Source of the DNA: Octopus bimaculoides
Taxonomy: Eukaryota
Reading direction: 5' to 3'
DNA: 50,847 nt
NCBI RefSeq assembly: GCF_001194135.2
Contig: NC_068983.1
Span: 58,859,176 to 58,910,022 of the forward strand
The position numbers and the translations under genes were made by a program. This document shows, piece after piece, positions 50,496 through 50,847 of this stretch. The notes beneath the pieces are model-generated. The model was not told the origin of the DNA and ran no database searches. It saw only the letters and a program-made list of their open reading frames with translations. Each line of letters starts with the position of its first letter. The stretch's first letter is position 1.

Positions 50496-50847
50496 CAAGA
50501 CCTTATATGCATATATATATATATATACATATTTATATATATATATGAAAGAAGGTTTGAAAATGCACTTATTTTAAAGATATTTATTTACTTAACCGGT
50601 TTCACTTTTTTAGAAAAAGTTTATCAAAAGTCTGAGAATAATAAAAAATGTTAAAAAACAGTTTGAGTATTAAAATGCATATATACATTCTTTGATGATA
50701 AAATATATTTAAAGTATAAAGCTTTGTATGAACTTTGTAGTGTTACATACTGATTATCACACATTCTCTGATAATAAGATGAAAATGTTAAAAACAGTGT
50801 ATGAAAATACATATATGGTAAAATACATATACATAATCTTTGATAAT

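Overview
AT-rich, repeat-saturated eukaryotic scaffold region with many N gaps. The SINE families, the (GAT)n/(CA)n/(TA)n microsatellites and the transposon content resemble a cephalopod, most likely Octopus; this is inferred from recalled repeat families, not from a search. No host gene can be called confidently, only a few low-confidence exon candidates. No rRNA, true tRNA, CRISPR or prokaryotic system is present. Supported content: at least five dispersed SINE-like families (dozens of copies), three Penelope-like (PLE) retroelement fragments (GIY-YIG endonuclease and two different RT types), a CR1-like LINE (APE+RT), an RTE LINE 3' end, two mariner fossils, a DD37D Tc1/maT fossil with TIRs, several MITEs, a Helitron-like 3' end and a ~1 kb 19-bp minisatellite. 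The most interesting unannotated signal is a set of minimal type-I hammerhead-ribozyme folds in short non-coding repeats: 392-440(-), an inverted pair inside a ~200-bp palindrome at 16308-16511, and a core-variant motif with all helices paired at 42047-42083. This suggests PLE-dependent, ribozyme-carrying non-autonomous elements. Repeat boundaries are approximate (about +/-20 bp) unless termini are quoted.
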